This document shows, one piece after another, positions 31,788-41,195 of a DNA stretch of 56,854 nt. Numbering within the stretch: the first letter of the stretch is position 1; every line of letters begins with the position of its first letter. The translations under genes were made by a program, and so were the position numbers. This DNA is from Anaerolineae bacterium (GTDB lineage Bacteria; Chloroflexota; Anaerolineae; JAAYZQ01): assembly GCA_023544525.1 (NCBI GenBank), contig JAMJFU010000002.1:1-56854 (forward strand), written 5' to 3'. The notes under the pieces were generated by a model. The model saw nothing but the letters and a program-made list of their open reading frames with translations. It did not search any database and had not been told where the DNA came from.

Positions 31788-33695
31788 ATGATGACCCGGA
31801 TCCTTGAGGCTCGCAACATCACCAAGCGCTTCCCGGGGGTGTTGGCCAACGACCGCGTAGGTTTCACCTTGAAAGAGGGCGAGATCTTGGCCTTTCTCGG
31901 CGAAAACGGCGCGGGCAAGAGCACCCTGATGAACATCCTCTACGGCCTCTATACCCAGGACGAAGGCGAGATCGAGATCCGTGGCCAACCGGTCGAGATC
32001 CAAGACCCCAACGACGCCATCGCTTTGGGCATCGGCATGGTCCACCAGCACTTCCAGCTAGTGCCCGTCTTTACCGTGGCCGAGAACATTGTCATGGGCA
32101 CCGAGCCAACCCGCTTCTCTTTCTCGTGGAGGTTGCTGGGATGGCTGGGTGGGGTCGCAGCCCTGCTCTTTTTCCTGGGTGGCCTCTTTGCGTTTGAAAA
32201 CCTGAGCCAGTGGCTGCTAGCCGCGCTTGCCGGTGGCATTGCCACGGCGGCCCTCTATGGCCTGCTGATCCTGCTGGGCTTTCTCAGCCGCCGCCTCACA
32301 TTTCGTCTCTACTTTCTGCTTGTGGCTGCCGCAAGTGTGGCTCTGCTTCTGATCAGAGGATTCGTCCTCGATCCCTCGCCACAAATCCCCCTCCTGGTCT
32401 TTGGAGGTTTGTTGTTTGCTGCGGCTTCCTACCCGGCCATGCGGGTGTTGGCTACCGCACTCGACCGCTACGTGGCTGGTCGCCGTATCCGCACCCTGTC
32501 CAAGCAATACGGGCTGGCGGTTGATCCCGATGCCCTCATTGCGGATCTGCCCGTGGGCGTCCAACAGCGGGTCGAGATCCTCAAGACCCTCTATCGCGAG
32601 GCCCAGATCCTGATCCTCGACGAGCCCACGGCTGTGCTCACGCCTCAGGAGACGGACGAGCTATTCGAGATCATGCGCGGCCTGGTGGCCCAGGGCAAGT
32701 CGATCATCTTTATCACGCACAAGCTCAAAGAGGTAATGACCATTGCCGACCGGATCATTGTCCTGCGTGACGGGCGGGTCACTGGCGAGACGTCTCCGGA
32801 GGAGACATCGGAGGCCGAGCTGGCCGAGATGATGGTCGGCCGCGAGGTGGACCTGGTTGTCGACAAGGGGAAGGCTTCTCCCGGTGAGGTCGTCTTGGAG
32901 GTGGCGAACCTGACGGCCGAAGACCAACGCCATCAGCCGGCACTGAGGGGCGTCGATCTCTTTGTCCGGGCTGGCGAGGTGCTGGGCGTGGCTGGGGTAC
33001 AGGGCAACGGCCAAACGGAATTGGTCGAGGTCCTGACCGGTTTGCAACCGGCTACGGGAGGTACGGTCCGCATCCTGGGCCACGATGTGACCAACGCCTC
33101 ACCCCGGACCGTCACCGAGCTGGGCGTGGCTCACATCCCCGAAGACCGCCAGGAAGATGGCCTGGTGTTGTCCTTTCCTGTAGCGGACAATCTGATGTTG
33201 TGCAACTACTACGAGCCTCCTTTTGCCCGAGGGCCCGAGATCCGGTTCGACCGGTTGTACGAATATGCGGAACGGGTGGTGGCAGAATTCGATGTGCGCA
33301 CGCCGAGCATCGCCATCCCCACCCAGAACTTGTCGGGCGGCAACCAGCAGAAGGTGATCGTCGCCCGCGAGTTCTCGAGGCCGATCAAGCTGCTTATCGC
33401 CGCCCAACCTACGCGGGGATTGGACGTCGGTTCCATCGAGTATATCCACCGTCGCCTGATCCAGAAGCGAGACGAAGGGGTGGCTGTACTCCTGGTTTCA
33501 GTCGAGCTGGACGAAATCATGGCTCTCTCGGACCGCATCGCCGTCATGTACGAGGGCCAGATTGTGGGTACGGTGGACGCCGACAAGATCACGCGCGAGG
33601 AGTTGGGCCTCCTCATGGCCGGTGCTCGACCCAAGGAGGAGGCGTCTCAGGAAGCGGATGTGCAGGAAACGAAAGGGGGCATACCCGTTGGCTGA
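31788..33695 (+). CDS. Tandem-NBD ABC transporter ATPase (sugar/nucleoside type) with about 110-aa hydrophobic insertion in NBD1
   Basis: Walker A GENGAGKST, Q-loop MVHQHF, signature-region LPVGVQQRVEILK and Walker B ILILDEPT, then a second NBD (LSGGNQQK, LLIAAQPTRGLDV). Residues about 109-218 form four hydrophobic segments that are absent from the usual roughly 500-aa layout. Confidence 0.9.
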   Translation: MMTRILEARNITKRFPGVLANDRVGFTLKEGEILAFLGENGAGKSTLMNILYGLYTQDEGEIEIRGQPVEIQDPNDAIALGIGMVHQHFQLVPVFTVAENIVMGTEPTRFSFSWRLLGWLGGVAALLFFLGGLFAFENLSQWLLAALAGGIATAALYGLLILLGFLSRRLTFRLYFLLVAAASVALLLIRGFVLDPSPQIPLLVFGGLLFAAASYPAMRVLATALDRYVAGRRIRTLSKQYGLAVDPDALIADLPVGVQQRVEILKTLYREAQILILDEPTAVLTPQETDELFEIMRGLVAQGKSIIFITHKLKEVMTIADRIIVLRDGRVTGETSPEETSEAELAEMMVGREVDLVVDKGKASPGEVVLEVANLTAEDQRHQPALRGVDLFVRAGEVLGVAGVQGNGQTELVEVLTGLQPATGGTVRILGHDVTNASPRTVTELGVAHIPEDRQEDGLVLSFPVADNLMLCNYYEPPFARGPEIRFDRLYEYAERVVAEFDVRTPSIAIPTQNLSGGNQQKVIVAREFSRPIKLLIAAQPTRGLDVGSIEYIHRRLIQKRDEGVAVLLVSVELDEIMALSDRIAVMYEGQIVGTVDADKITREELGLLMAGARPKEEASQEADVQETKGGIPVG

Positions 33696-35127
33696 GCAAG
33701 AGAAAAGACCGGGCTTGATACGACGGATCGGTGCCCAGCCCCTCTGGGTTCGGATGCTCCTCTTCGTGGCCCTGATCGTCATCGTTGCCCCGTTCAGCAA
33801 GTGGCTGATCTTGCTCCTGCTGTTGGCCATTGGCTTGTGGCCCGTTACCTTGCTCCTGGGCCTGGCAGGGCTGGCCGTCGCCTCGATCTGGCGCGGCGGC
33901 TGGCCTTGGATGAAGGACTGGCTCAGGCGCCGGTTGCGCGGCCTGGTTGTGCCTGCCCTGTCCGTGGTCACGGCATTGATCATCGGCGGCCTGGTGATCA
34001 TGTTCACCGACCAAGCTGTGTTCCAGGCCATGCAAGAAGGGGGCATTCTCGAAGGCATCCGGCTGGCCTTCGCCAACCTGGCCACGGCCTACAAGGCTCT
34101 GTACGAGGGGTCGCTGGGCAACCCCCGTGCGATCGTCGAGGCCCTGGGGCAGGTGGGCGGAGAAGAAGGTCTTGGGCCCCTGTTGAGGGTTGTGCGCGGT
34201 CCCAGCGACAGCCTGGTCCAATCGGTGCCCTATATTTTTGCCGGGTTGGCCGTAGCCCTGGGTTTCCGCGCTGGTCTGTTCAACATCGGCGCCGAAGGCC
34301 AGATCGGCATTGGCTGGTTGGTGGCCGTCGTCGTCGGCTATTCGCTCACCGGCCTGCCGGCCGTTGTGCACCTGCCCCTGGCCATCCTGGCCGGGGCCGT
34401 GGCAGGCGGGCTGTGGGCAGCGATCGCCGGCTTCCTCAAGGCGCGGACCGGAGCCCACGAGGTGATCACCACCATCATGCTCAACTATGTCACCTTCCGC
34501 CTGAGCGCATGGCTTTTGTGCGGACCTCTGGAGCTCACCCAGGGTACTTGCCGTACCCAGGAGATTGCTGAAAGCGCCTATTTGCCGTGGTTTCTGGAGC
34601 GTCCGGTCACTATTCACTGGGGTTTTGTCCTGGCCCTGATCGCGGCGGTGCTCACCGGCTGGTTCCTGTTCCGGACTACCTGGGGCTTTGAACTGCGCAC
34701 GGTGGGGGCCAACCCGAGCGCCGCTCGCTATGGCGGCATGAGAGTGGGCAAGACCTTTGTGCTGGCCATGTTCCTGAGCGGCTGCCTGGCAGGGCTGGCG
34801 GGGGTAAGCCAGGGATTGGGCATCACACGCAACATTGCCCTCGGCTTCCAGGCGGGTTATGGCTTTGACTCCATTGCCCTGGCCCTGCTGGGCAAGAGCC
34901 ATCCGGTGGGTGTGGTCGGCGCCAGCCTGCTCTTTGGCGTACTCCGCGCTGGGGCGGGCCGGATGCAATCGGTGGCCGGCGTTCCCACCGAGATCGTCCA
35001 GATCGTCCAGTCGCTGGTTATCATCTTTATCGCCGCGCCGGCCATCATCCGGGCCATCTACCGGCTCCGCAAGCCTCGCGAAGAAGAGCTCGAAGTTGCC
35101 GTCTTCTCCCGTGGCTGGGGCGCGTGA
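33688..35127 (+). CDS. ABC transporter permease (BMP-system, YufP-like) with N-terminal hydrophobic extension
   Basis: Track ORF 33562..35127. TTG 33688 has GAAAGGGGG upstream and overlaps the ATPase stop by 8 nt. Many TM segments. Confidence 0.85.
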   Translation: MAEQEKRPGLIRRIGAQPLWVRMLLFVALIVIVAPFSKWLILLLLLAIGLWPVTLLLGLAGLAVASIWRGGWPWMKDWLRRRLRGLVVPALSVVTALIIGGLVIMFTDQAVFQAMQEGGILEGIRLAFANLATAYKALYEGSLGNPRAIVEALGQVGGEEGLGPLLRVVRGPSDSLVQSVPYIFAGLAVALGFRAGLFNIGAEGQIGIGWLVAVVVGYSLTGLPAVVHLPLAILAGAVAGGLWAAIAGFLKARTGAHEVITTIMLNYVTFRLSAWLLCGPLELTQGTCRTQEIAESAYLPWFLERPVTIHWGFVLALIAAVLTGWFLFRTTWGFELRTVGANPSAARYGGMRVGKTFVLAMFLSGCLAGLAGVSQGLGITRNIALGFQAGYGFDSIALALLGKSHPVGVVGASLLFGVLRAGAGRMQSVAGVPTEIVQIVQSLVIIFIAAPAIIRAIYRLRKPREEELEVAVFSRGWGA

Positions 35128-35140
35128 TTAGGAGAGGGAC

Positions 35141-36415
35141 ATGGCAGCACAAGCGCAAGCCATAGGGGTATCCAAGCCGGCTGGCCTCAGTAGAAAGGAC
35201 CTGTTCGTCACACTGGGGATCTTGCTCATCGGGGCCATCCTGCTTCTACTGGGCGGCTTTAGCACTGAGGCCGGCGATTCTTCCACGTTCACAGATCAGG
35301 TGCTGGGCACATTGTTCTCGCTGCCTTCGCGGGCAACCCTGTATACCCTCGGCTCGATCTGCTTCTTTGTGGCGGGGTTACGCCTCTTTCGGGGTGCTCG
35401 TTCGATCCGCGGCCTGCTGAATTGGACAATCGCCTTGGTGTCTGCGTTCGCCTTCCTGGTGTGGATCACCAGCGGCACCAGTCTGAACCTGCCCGGTATG
35501 CTCCAGGCTACCCTGGTCGCGGCCACGCCGCTGACCCTGGGGGCGATGTGCGGTGTCCTCTGTGAGCGCTCGGGCATCATCAACATAGCCATCGAGGGCA
35601 TGATGCTCTGGGGTGCATTCTCGGCTGTGGCCTTTGCCAGCATCTTTGATAGCCTGTGGATGGGCCTGGTGGCGGCCGGCCTGATGGGTGGGCTAATGGC
35701 CGCCCTTCATGCCGTGCTGTCGATCAAGTACAAAGTGGACCAGATTATCTCGGGCACAGTGATCAACATCCTGGCCGCGGGCGGAACGCGTTTCCTGAAT
35801 ATCCGCCTGCTGGAGCCGGCTGGTCTGAGTACGCCGGGCTCCTTTCCCATCATCCGTATCCCCGTTCTGTCCGAGATCCCGATCATCGGGCCGCTCCTTT
35901 TCGCCAACCAGCCCATCGTATTCATCATGCTTATCCTGCTGCTGGCCGTGAATTACGTGGTTTTTGCCACACCCTGGGGATTACGCATGCGAGCCTGTGG
36001 TGAGCATCCCCGTGCCGCCGATACAGTGGGTGTTCACGTCAACCGCATGCGCTACATCAGCGTCACCGTCGCCGGTCTGATCGCCGGCATTGGCGGAGCC
36101 TACTTTTCGCTGGGGATGATCGGCACCTTTGAGGATGGCATGACGCGCGGACAGGGCTTTGTGGCCCTGGCGGCCATGATCTTTGGCAACTGGAACCCAA
36201 TAGGCGCCTTCCTGGCCGCACTGCTCTTTGGTTTTGCCGACGCGTTGCAGGTCAAGATGCAGATCATCAAGCCCCTCCTGCCCTTCATCCACCAGCCCAT
36301 CCCGCCTGAATTTCTGCAGATGGCGCCCTACATCCTGACCATCATCGTCGTGGCCGGAGTCGTAGGCCGTTCCATGGCACCAGCCGCCGAGGGCAAACCC
36401 TACGAAAAACAATAG
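35141..36415 (+). CDS. ABC transporter permease (BMP-system, YufQ-like)
   Basis: 424 aa multi-pass membrane protein directly downstream. Contains ERSGIINIAIEGMM, typical of this permease family. Confidence 0.85.
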   Translation: MAAQAQAIGVSKPAGLSRKDLFVTLGILLIGAILLLLGGFSTEAGDSSTFTDQVLGTLFSLPSRATLYTLGSICFFVAGLRLFRGARSIRGLLNWTIALVSAFAFLVWITSGTSLNLPGMLQATLVAATPLTLGAMCGVLCERSGIINIAIEGMMLWGAFSAVAFASIFDSLWMGLVAAGLMGGLMAALHAVLSIKYKVDQIISGTVINILAAGGTRFLNIRLLEPAGLSTPGSFPIIRIPVLSEIPIIGPLLFANQPIVFIMLILLLAVNYVVFATPWGLRMRACGEHPRAADTVGVHVNRMRYISVTVAGLIAGIGGAYFSLGMIGTFEDGMTRGQGFVALAAMIFGNWNPIGAFLAALLFGFADALQVKMQIIKPLLPFIHQPIPPEFLQMAPYILTIIVVAGVVGRSMAPAAEGKPYEKQ

Positions 36416-36448
36416 ATAGGGGCGGGCAAGCCCGCCCTGGGATCCAGC

Positions 36449-37624
36449 ATGACCGATTTGCTACCGTCGATCGCTCAAGACCTCCAAGACCCGGCCCGCT
36501 TGCGTGCCTACCTGGAAGGGCACTATGGACATCCACTGGACGCTCTCCTGTCGCCCTGGGATCGGGTGGAGACAGCGTTGGCCCATAAGGAGCCGGATCG
36601 CGTGCCCTTCGACTTCTGGGCCGTGCCAGAGGTCTGGGACCGGCTCCGGAGTGCACTGGGCCTGGCGGCAGATGGGAGGGGTGACGAGACCCTTCTGCGC
36701 CTGCTGGGCATCGACTGCCGCATGGTGACCACACGCTACGTGGGCAGCAAAGCCCGGCAATTGCCCGATGGCACCTTCATCGACGCCTGGGGGACCCACC
36801 GACGGCACGTGACAAACCCGTTCGGCACCTACGAGGAATACGCCAGCCACCCGCTGGCCGGGGCCGAAACCGTCGCCGACGTGCTAGACTGGGGATGGCC
36901 CAGCCCCGACGACTGGGATGTCTCTGGCGTACGCCGCCAGAGCGAGCGGCTTAATGCGGATGTGCGCCATAGCTTGCGCTACGAAGTGGGCGGCATCTTT
37001 GAGTGGTCGTGGGCCCTGCGAGGCTTTGAACGTTTCCTCTTCGACCTCGTAGAGAAGCCCGATGTGGCCTGCGCCATCATGGATCGTTTCACCGACCTGT
37101 ACATCGAGAACACGGTGCGTGTCATCGCGGCAGCAGGCGGGCTGTTGGACATGGTCTACACCTACGATGACGTCGGCACCCAGAACGCGCTGTTGATCTC
37201 GCCGCGCATGTGGCGCAAGTACATCCTGCCCCGGCACCAGCGCCTGAACGCCGCCATCCGCGCTGCTGCCCATCCGGTCAAGATCATGTACCATTCCTGC
37301 GGCGCCGTGTATCCCCTCATCGGTGCCTTTATCGACGAGATGGGCATCGACGTCCTGAATCCCTTGCAGCCGCGAGCCGCAGGCATGGACATGGCCCGCA
37401 TCAAGGCCGAATTCGGCGACCGTCTGTCCTTTCACGGCGCGATTGACATCCAGCGCACCCTGCCGCACGGCACGCCAGAAGAGGTACAGACCGAGGTGCG
37501 GGAACGGTGCCGTATCCTCGGGGAAGGCGGGGGTTATATCTGCACGTCGGCCCACTATCTCCAGGCGGACACACCCCTGGAGAACATCGTGGCCATGTAT
37601 ACCGCGCCGCGGGAGTCGGCCTGA
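36449..37624 (+). CDS. Uroporphyrinogen decarboxylase (URO-D) superfamily protein, MtaA/CmuA-like
   Basis: 391 aa. ...KIMYHSCGAVYPLI (HxCG), ...GGYICTSAH... Overall length and pattern fit URO-D-family enzymes. Confidence 0.75.
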   Translation: MTDLLPSIAQDLQDPARLRAYLEGHYGHPLDALLSPWDRVETALAHKEPDRVPFDFWAVPEVWDRLRSALGLAADGRGDETLLRLLGIDCRMVTTRYVGSKARQLPDGTFIDAWGTHRRHVTNPFGTYEEYASHPLAGAETVADVLDWGWPSPDDWDVSGVRRQSERLNADVRHSLRYEVGGIFEWSWALRGFERFLFDLVEKPDVACAIMDRFTDLYIENTVRVIAAAGGLLDMVYTYDDVGTQNALLISPRMWRKYILPRHQRLNAAIRAAAHPVKIMYHSCGAVYPLIGAFIDEMGIDVLNPLQPRAAGMDMARIKAEFGDRLSFHGAIDIQRTLPHGTPEEVQTEVRERCRILGEGGGYICTSAHYLQADTPLENIVAMYTAPRESA

Positions 37625-37705
37625 TCGCAGCGTGGATCTTGCGGGCAGAATGACAAACGGCGGCGCAGGCACGGGCCAGCACCGCCGCTTTCTATGCCAC
37701 GGAAC

Positions 37706-38095
37706 TCAGGGGTTGGGAAACGTCACCTCAAAGTCGGCCTTGGTCTCTCGCCCCGCCCTGACCTCTACCAGGCGATCTCCCAGCCTGGCGTCGCCAAGCC
37801 AAACCTGGACGATATAGCTGCCGGGTGGCAGGCTAAGGCGATAGCTGCCGTCCTCAGCGATGGGCTCCCTCTGAATCACATCGCCTTTCTGGAACACGTC
37901 CAACTGGCTGTCACCTTCTGCCCTCTGTAGCCCATAGACGAGGATCTCGGCCTGGTCCAATGACAGTCCATCCCCAGTCTGCGTTACGGTGCCTTCGATC
38001 ACGCCGGCCTGGTTGCCACAGGCCAACAGGGACAACGAGATCAGGAACAGCGCTGCCAGCAGTCCAATAAGCTTCCAGGGATCGATCTTGGGCAT
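37706..38095 (-). CDS. Small lipoprotein with carboxypeptidase-regulatory-like (Ig-like) domain
   Basis: Lipobox SLSLLACG, then GVIEGTV....G..L..A.I.V...DGSYRLSLPPGSYIV. Confidence 0.7.
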   Translation of the reverse strand: MPKIDPWKLIGLLAALFLISLSLLACGNQAGVIEGTVTQTGDGLSLDQAEILVYGLQRAEGDSQLDVFQKGDVIQREPIAEDGSYRLSLPPGSYIVQVWLGDARLGDRLVEVRAGRETKADFEVTFPNP

Positions 38096-38103
38096 GAGAG
38101 GGC

Positions 38104-39150
38104 CTATTCTCCTGTCGTGATGAGGACGAAGGCAATCCCGCCCGGAGTCACCGTCGCCGGCTGGACGTAGGAGCGGTCTTGGACTTTGACCTTAACCAGG
38201 TAATCGCCAGCCGGCACGTAGCCCAGCGCAAAGTTCTCGCCGAGCTGGTCATCGGCATTGACCCCTTCGTTGGCGTAGGTCTGGATCTGGCGCCACCAGA
38301 CGTTGGGTTCAGCCGCGCGGAAAAAGGTGACCGGGATCTCGGCGATAGGCTGGCCCTGGCCATCGACGACACGTCCGGCGATGAGTCCCTGGCCCGACTC
38401 CGGCTTTAGCCAGAGGACCGGGTTGCGGGTGCGTTCGTAGCTGTTTTCCCCCAGCCGCACCTCCAGGTGCAGGTGGCTGCCGATGGCCACCCCTGTCATG
38501 CCGACCAGGCCGACCGTGTCGCCGGGTTCCAGGTGCTGGCCAGCCGCGGCGATGAGCTGCGACATGTGTGCGTACAGCAGGTAGACTGGCTGGCCGTTGA
38601 AGGGCTGGTCCAACTCCTGGATGACCAGGTTCCCGTAAAAGTCCGGTTTGACGCCGTACACCGTTTCGAGGTCGTTGCCGGCAAAGATGACCCTGCCGGC
38701 GGCGGCGGCCAGGACCGGCGTCCCTGCCGGGTTCATGTAATCGACGCCGTGGTGGAGGTGATAGCGTCCAGCGCCGGTAGAGCCATAGGGGAAATAGGTG
38801 CCCGGGTAGCGGTCGCCCTCGGTGTCTGTCCCAAGCGGAGGCATCAGCCACAGGTGATCTGCCGCGGAAGCCGGCGTGGGTGTGGGTACGGTCGGCGTGG
38901 GCGTCGGTGTAGGCGTTTTGGTGGGTGTAGGTGTTTTGGTGGGCGTAGGCGTGATGGTCGGAGTCGACGTTGGACTGGGGGTGAGGGTGGGGGTGAAGGT
39001 GGCGGTGGGTGATGGGGTGGATGTCGGCGTTCCCAGTACGTGGGGTTCGGCGCCGAGCGGTGCACCGCCCATGACCAGCAGGAAGAGCACGCCGACCACC
39101 ACGATCAGTGCACTGGCACCGCCGGACTGGCTCATCAACCGATTTCCCAT
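38104..39150 (-). CDS. M23-family metallopeptidase with Pro/Thr linker and C-terminal carboxypeptidase-regulatory-like domain
   Basis: N-terminal TM, a PT-rich linker, HHGVDY (HxxxD), GSHLHLEV (HxH), then [13 protein letters not shown]...GDYLVKV. Confidence 0.85.
   Translation of the reverse strand: MGNRLMSQSGGASALIVVVGVLFLLVMGGAPLGAEPHVLGTPTSTPSPTATFTPTLTPSPTSTPTITPTPTKTPTPTKTPTPTPTPTVPTPTPASAADHLWLMPPLGTDTEGDRYPGTYFPYGSTGAGRYHLHHGVDYMNPAGTPVLAAAAGRVIFAGNDLETVYGVKPDFYGNLVIQELDQPFNGQPVYLLYAHMSQLIAAAGQHLEPGDTVGLVGMTGVAIGSHLHLEVRLGENSYERTRNPVLWLKPESGQGLIAGRVVDGQGQPIAEIPVTFFRAAEPNVWWRQIQTYANEGVNADDQLGENFALGYVPAGDYLVKVKVQDRSYVQPATVTPGGIAFVLITTGE
38909..38944. repeat. 18-bp tandem duplication inside the PT-linker coding region
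   Basis: GTAGGCGTTTTGGTGGGT (38909-38926) and GTAGGTGTTTTGGTGGGC (38927-38944). On the minus strand these encode the repeated PTKTPT. Confidence 0.8.
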
Positions 39151-39176
39151 CCTATTTCGCCTGGATTGCGCCCTGG

Positions 39177-41087
39177 CTAGGGAGCCCAGGAGATCCTTTC
39201 CCTCGTCCAGTCGTACTCCCCGCTGCCATAGCCACCGTTCAGGCTAAAGAGCTTGCGTTGGTTGCTGCCGCTGGCATCCATCACCCAGATAGCCCAGCCG
39301 CCGTCCCGGTTCGACACGAAGGCGATCGATTTGCCGTCGGGCGACCAGGTAGGCAGGCCATCCTGAGCGGCGTTGCTGGTCAGGCGCTTCAGCCCGCTGC
39401 CGTCCATGTTGACGCTGTAGACCTCCCAGTTCCCGTCCCGCGCCGACATGAAGGCTACGCGCGCACCCGACCCGCTCGGGGCGGTATCGCTGTTGTGGGT
39501 GGTCAGGCGCACATATGCACCACCGCCTGCTCCAACCCAGAAGAGGCCACAAGCCGCGTGGTCGACGAGAAAATCACAGCCGTGATAGACGACCCGGCCA
39601 TCCGCCAGCCAGAAGGGGTACTCCCCACGGATCTCTGTAGCGCCGGTCCGGATCCACTCCTGCGACTTGCCGAACATGTCATGCACAATGCCCAGGCGGC
39701 TCTGACCATCGCCCCACGAGGTAGACGAATAGGCGACGATGGCCCCATCAGGCGACCAGGAGGGATAGGCGTCCTCGATGTAGTTGCTGACCTCGTGCAG
39801 ATCGCCACCACTGGGGTCCATGGTCACCAGGTGCTCATAGTTGGCCGTGTCGCCGTTGGCGGCGAGCAGGTTGCCGTCCTGCCGGAACTGGGGCTGGCGG
39901 AATCCCTGGCCCAGCCTGTTGCGACCGCTGCCATCGATGCGGCTGACATAGAGCACATAATCGCCGGCAATGGGGTCCCACACCGTAAAGGCGATCTTGC
40001 CCGAGAGGGCAGCGGGTTTGGGCACCGGGGTGTTGGCTGGTCTCGGCGTGTTCGTCGGCGCTGGCGTCGGGGTAGGGCCAATCCGGGTCGGCGTGGGTGA
40101 CGGCGTGCGTGTGGCTGTCGGTGTAGGTGTGCTGGTGGCTCTCGTCGCCGTAGAAGTGGGCGTCACGCTGGTTAGCCTGGTGGGCGTACTCAGGACGATG
40201 GGCGTCCAGGTGGGTGTGGCCGTCGTGCCTAGTACATCTGGGGCTGGGGAGGGCGGGATGGTGAGCACCTGGCCAACCTGGATCAAAGCCGCATTGCTGA
40301 TCCCGTTGGCTGCGGCGAGCGCGTTCACGCTGACGTCAAAGCGAGCGGCGATCTCGGACAGCGTCTCGCCGGCCCGGACGGTATAGGTGCGGGCAGCGGT
40401 CGCCACCGTCGTGGCGCTGGCGGTTGGCGATGCCAGCGTGGGCGTGATCCTCGGCGTGGCTGTGGCTGGGGGCGTGTCGGTGGGCGTGGCGCTTGCTGGC
40501 GGCCGGGGTGTGCGGCTGGGCGTCGCCGTCGGCGTGGGTGTGTAGGTTGCCGTCGCTGGCCGCGGTGTATAGGTCTCGACCAGGGCCACGGGGGATAGCT
40601 CTCCTGGCGTGGGCGTTGCTTCGCCCAGGTTGCGCAGGAACAACACCCAGGTGGCGGCGCCGCCACTCACCAGGCAGCCCAGAGCCACCAGCGCGACAAA
40701 GAATCCCAGCAGCATGCGCCGCCTGGAAGGTTGAGCAGAAGGCGAAGGCGCAGCCTGATCCCGATGCAGAATGGGGGGCGGTGCGGGTGCGGGCGCCGGC
40801 TCGGCTGGTCTCGGCTCCGGTTCTGGCTGGCGGGGAAGCGGCATAGGGGCCTCGATGCTGCTTTCATGGAGGCTTCCCCCTGCCCGCGCCGGTTCGGCAA
40901 AGACCCATTGCCGGCCATCGTGAACCATCCAGCGACCGGTGCGCGCATTGAGCATCCAGCGCCGGCCCTCCTCGTCCGTGACCTGCAATCCGACGACGCG
41001 ATTGAGGAACTCGTCTTCCGGGAGCTCTCCACTCAAGAAGCTGGCTTCCAGCTCGCGGAATCTCCTTTTCGCCTCCTGAAAACGCAT
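39177..41087 (-). CDS. Membrane-anchored protein with LysM domain and TolB-like (PD40/WD40-like) beta-propeller
   Basis: Track ORF 39177..41156. ATG 41087 (GAGGTAAGG RBS) lies downstream of the predicted promoter. One TM ([19 protein letters not shown]), PT-rich linkers, Lys[30 protein letters not shown]...VGQVLTIP, and repeated SPDG...AF/VS..DG motifs. Confidence 0.85.
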   Translation of the reverse strand: MRFQEAKRRFRELEASFLSGELPEDEFLNRVVGLQVTDEEGRRWMLNARTGRWMVHDGRQWVFAEPARAGGSLHESSIEAPMPLPRQPEPEPRPAEPAPAPAPPPILHRDQAAPSPSAQPSRRRMLLGFFVALVALGCLVSGGAATWVLFLRNLGEATPTPGELSPVALVETYTPRPATATYTPTPTATPSRTPRPPASATPTDTPPATATPRITPTLASPTASATTVATAARTYTVRAGETLSEIAARFDVSVNALAAANGISNAALIQVGQVLTIPPSPAPDVLGTTATPTWTPIVLSTPTRLTSVTPTSTATRATSTPTPTATRTPSPTPTRIGPTPTPAPTNTPRPANTPVPKPAALSGKIAFTVWDPIAGDYVLYVSRIDGSGRNRLGQGFRQPQFRQDGNLLAANGDTANYEHLVTMDPSGGDLHEVSNYIEDAYPSWSPDGAIVAYSSTSWGDGQSRLGIVHDMFGKSQEWIRTGATEIRGEYPFWLADGRVVYHGCDFLVDHAACGLFWVGAGGGAYVRLTTHNSDTAPSGSGARVAFMSARDGNWEVYSVNMDGSGLKRLTSNAAQDGLPTWSPDGKSIAFVSNRDGGWAIWVMDASGSNQRKLFSLNGGYGSGEYDWTRERISWAP

Positions 41088-41127
41088 AGACCTTACCTCA
41101 GAGCTTGCCTTGGGCGCGCACCCGCGC

Positions 41128-41156
41128 ATTATAGCACAGAAATCTTGGCTGACCAA
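41128..41156 (-). promoter_or_regulatory. Promoter TTGGTC-N17-TATAAT
   Basis: On the minus strand, -35 is at 41151-41156 and -10 is at 41128-41133, in the context GCTATAATG. Confidence 0.35.
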
Positions 41157-41195
41157 ACAGGCAGATCGGGGACTGGTTTGCGCGGGGTAGGAAGG

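Noticed and set aside
38860-40560. Repetitive GGTG/GGCG-rich nucleotide tracts, considered as a CRISPR-like or satellite repeat
   Set aside because: They are in frame inside two genes and encode Pro/Thr/Ser/Ala linkers. There is no repeat-spacer periodicity. Only the 18-bp duplication at 38909-38944 is reported.
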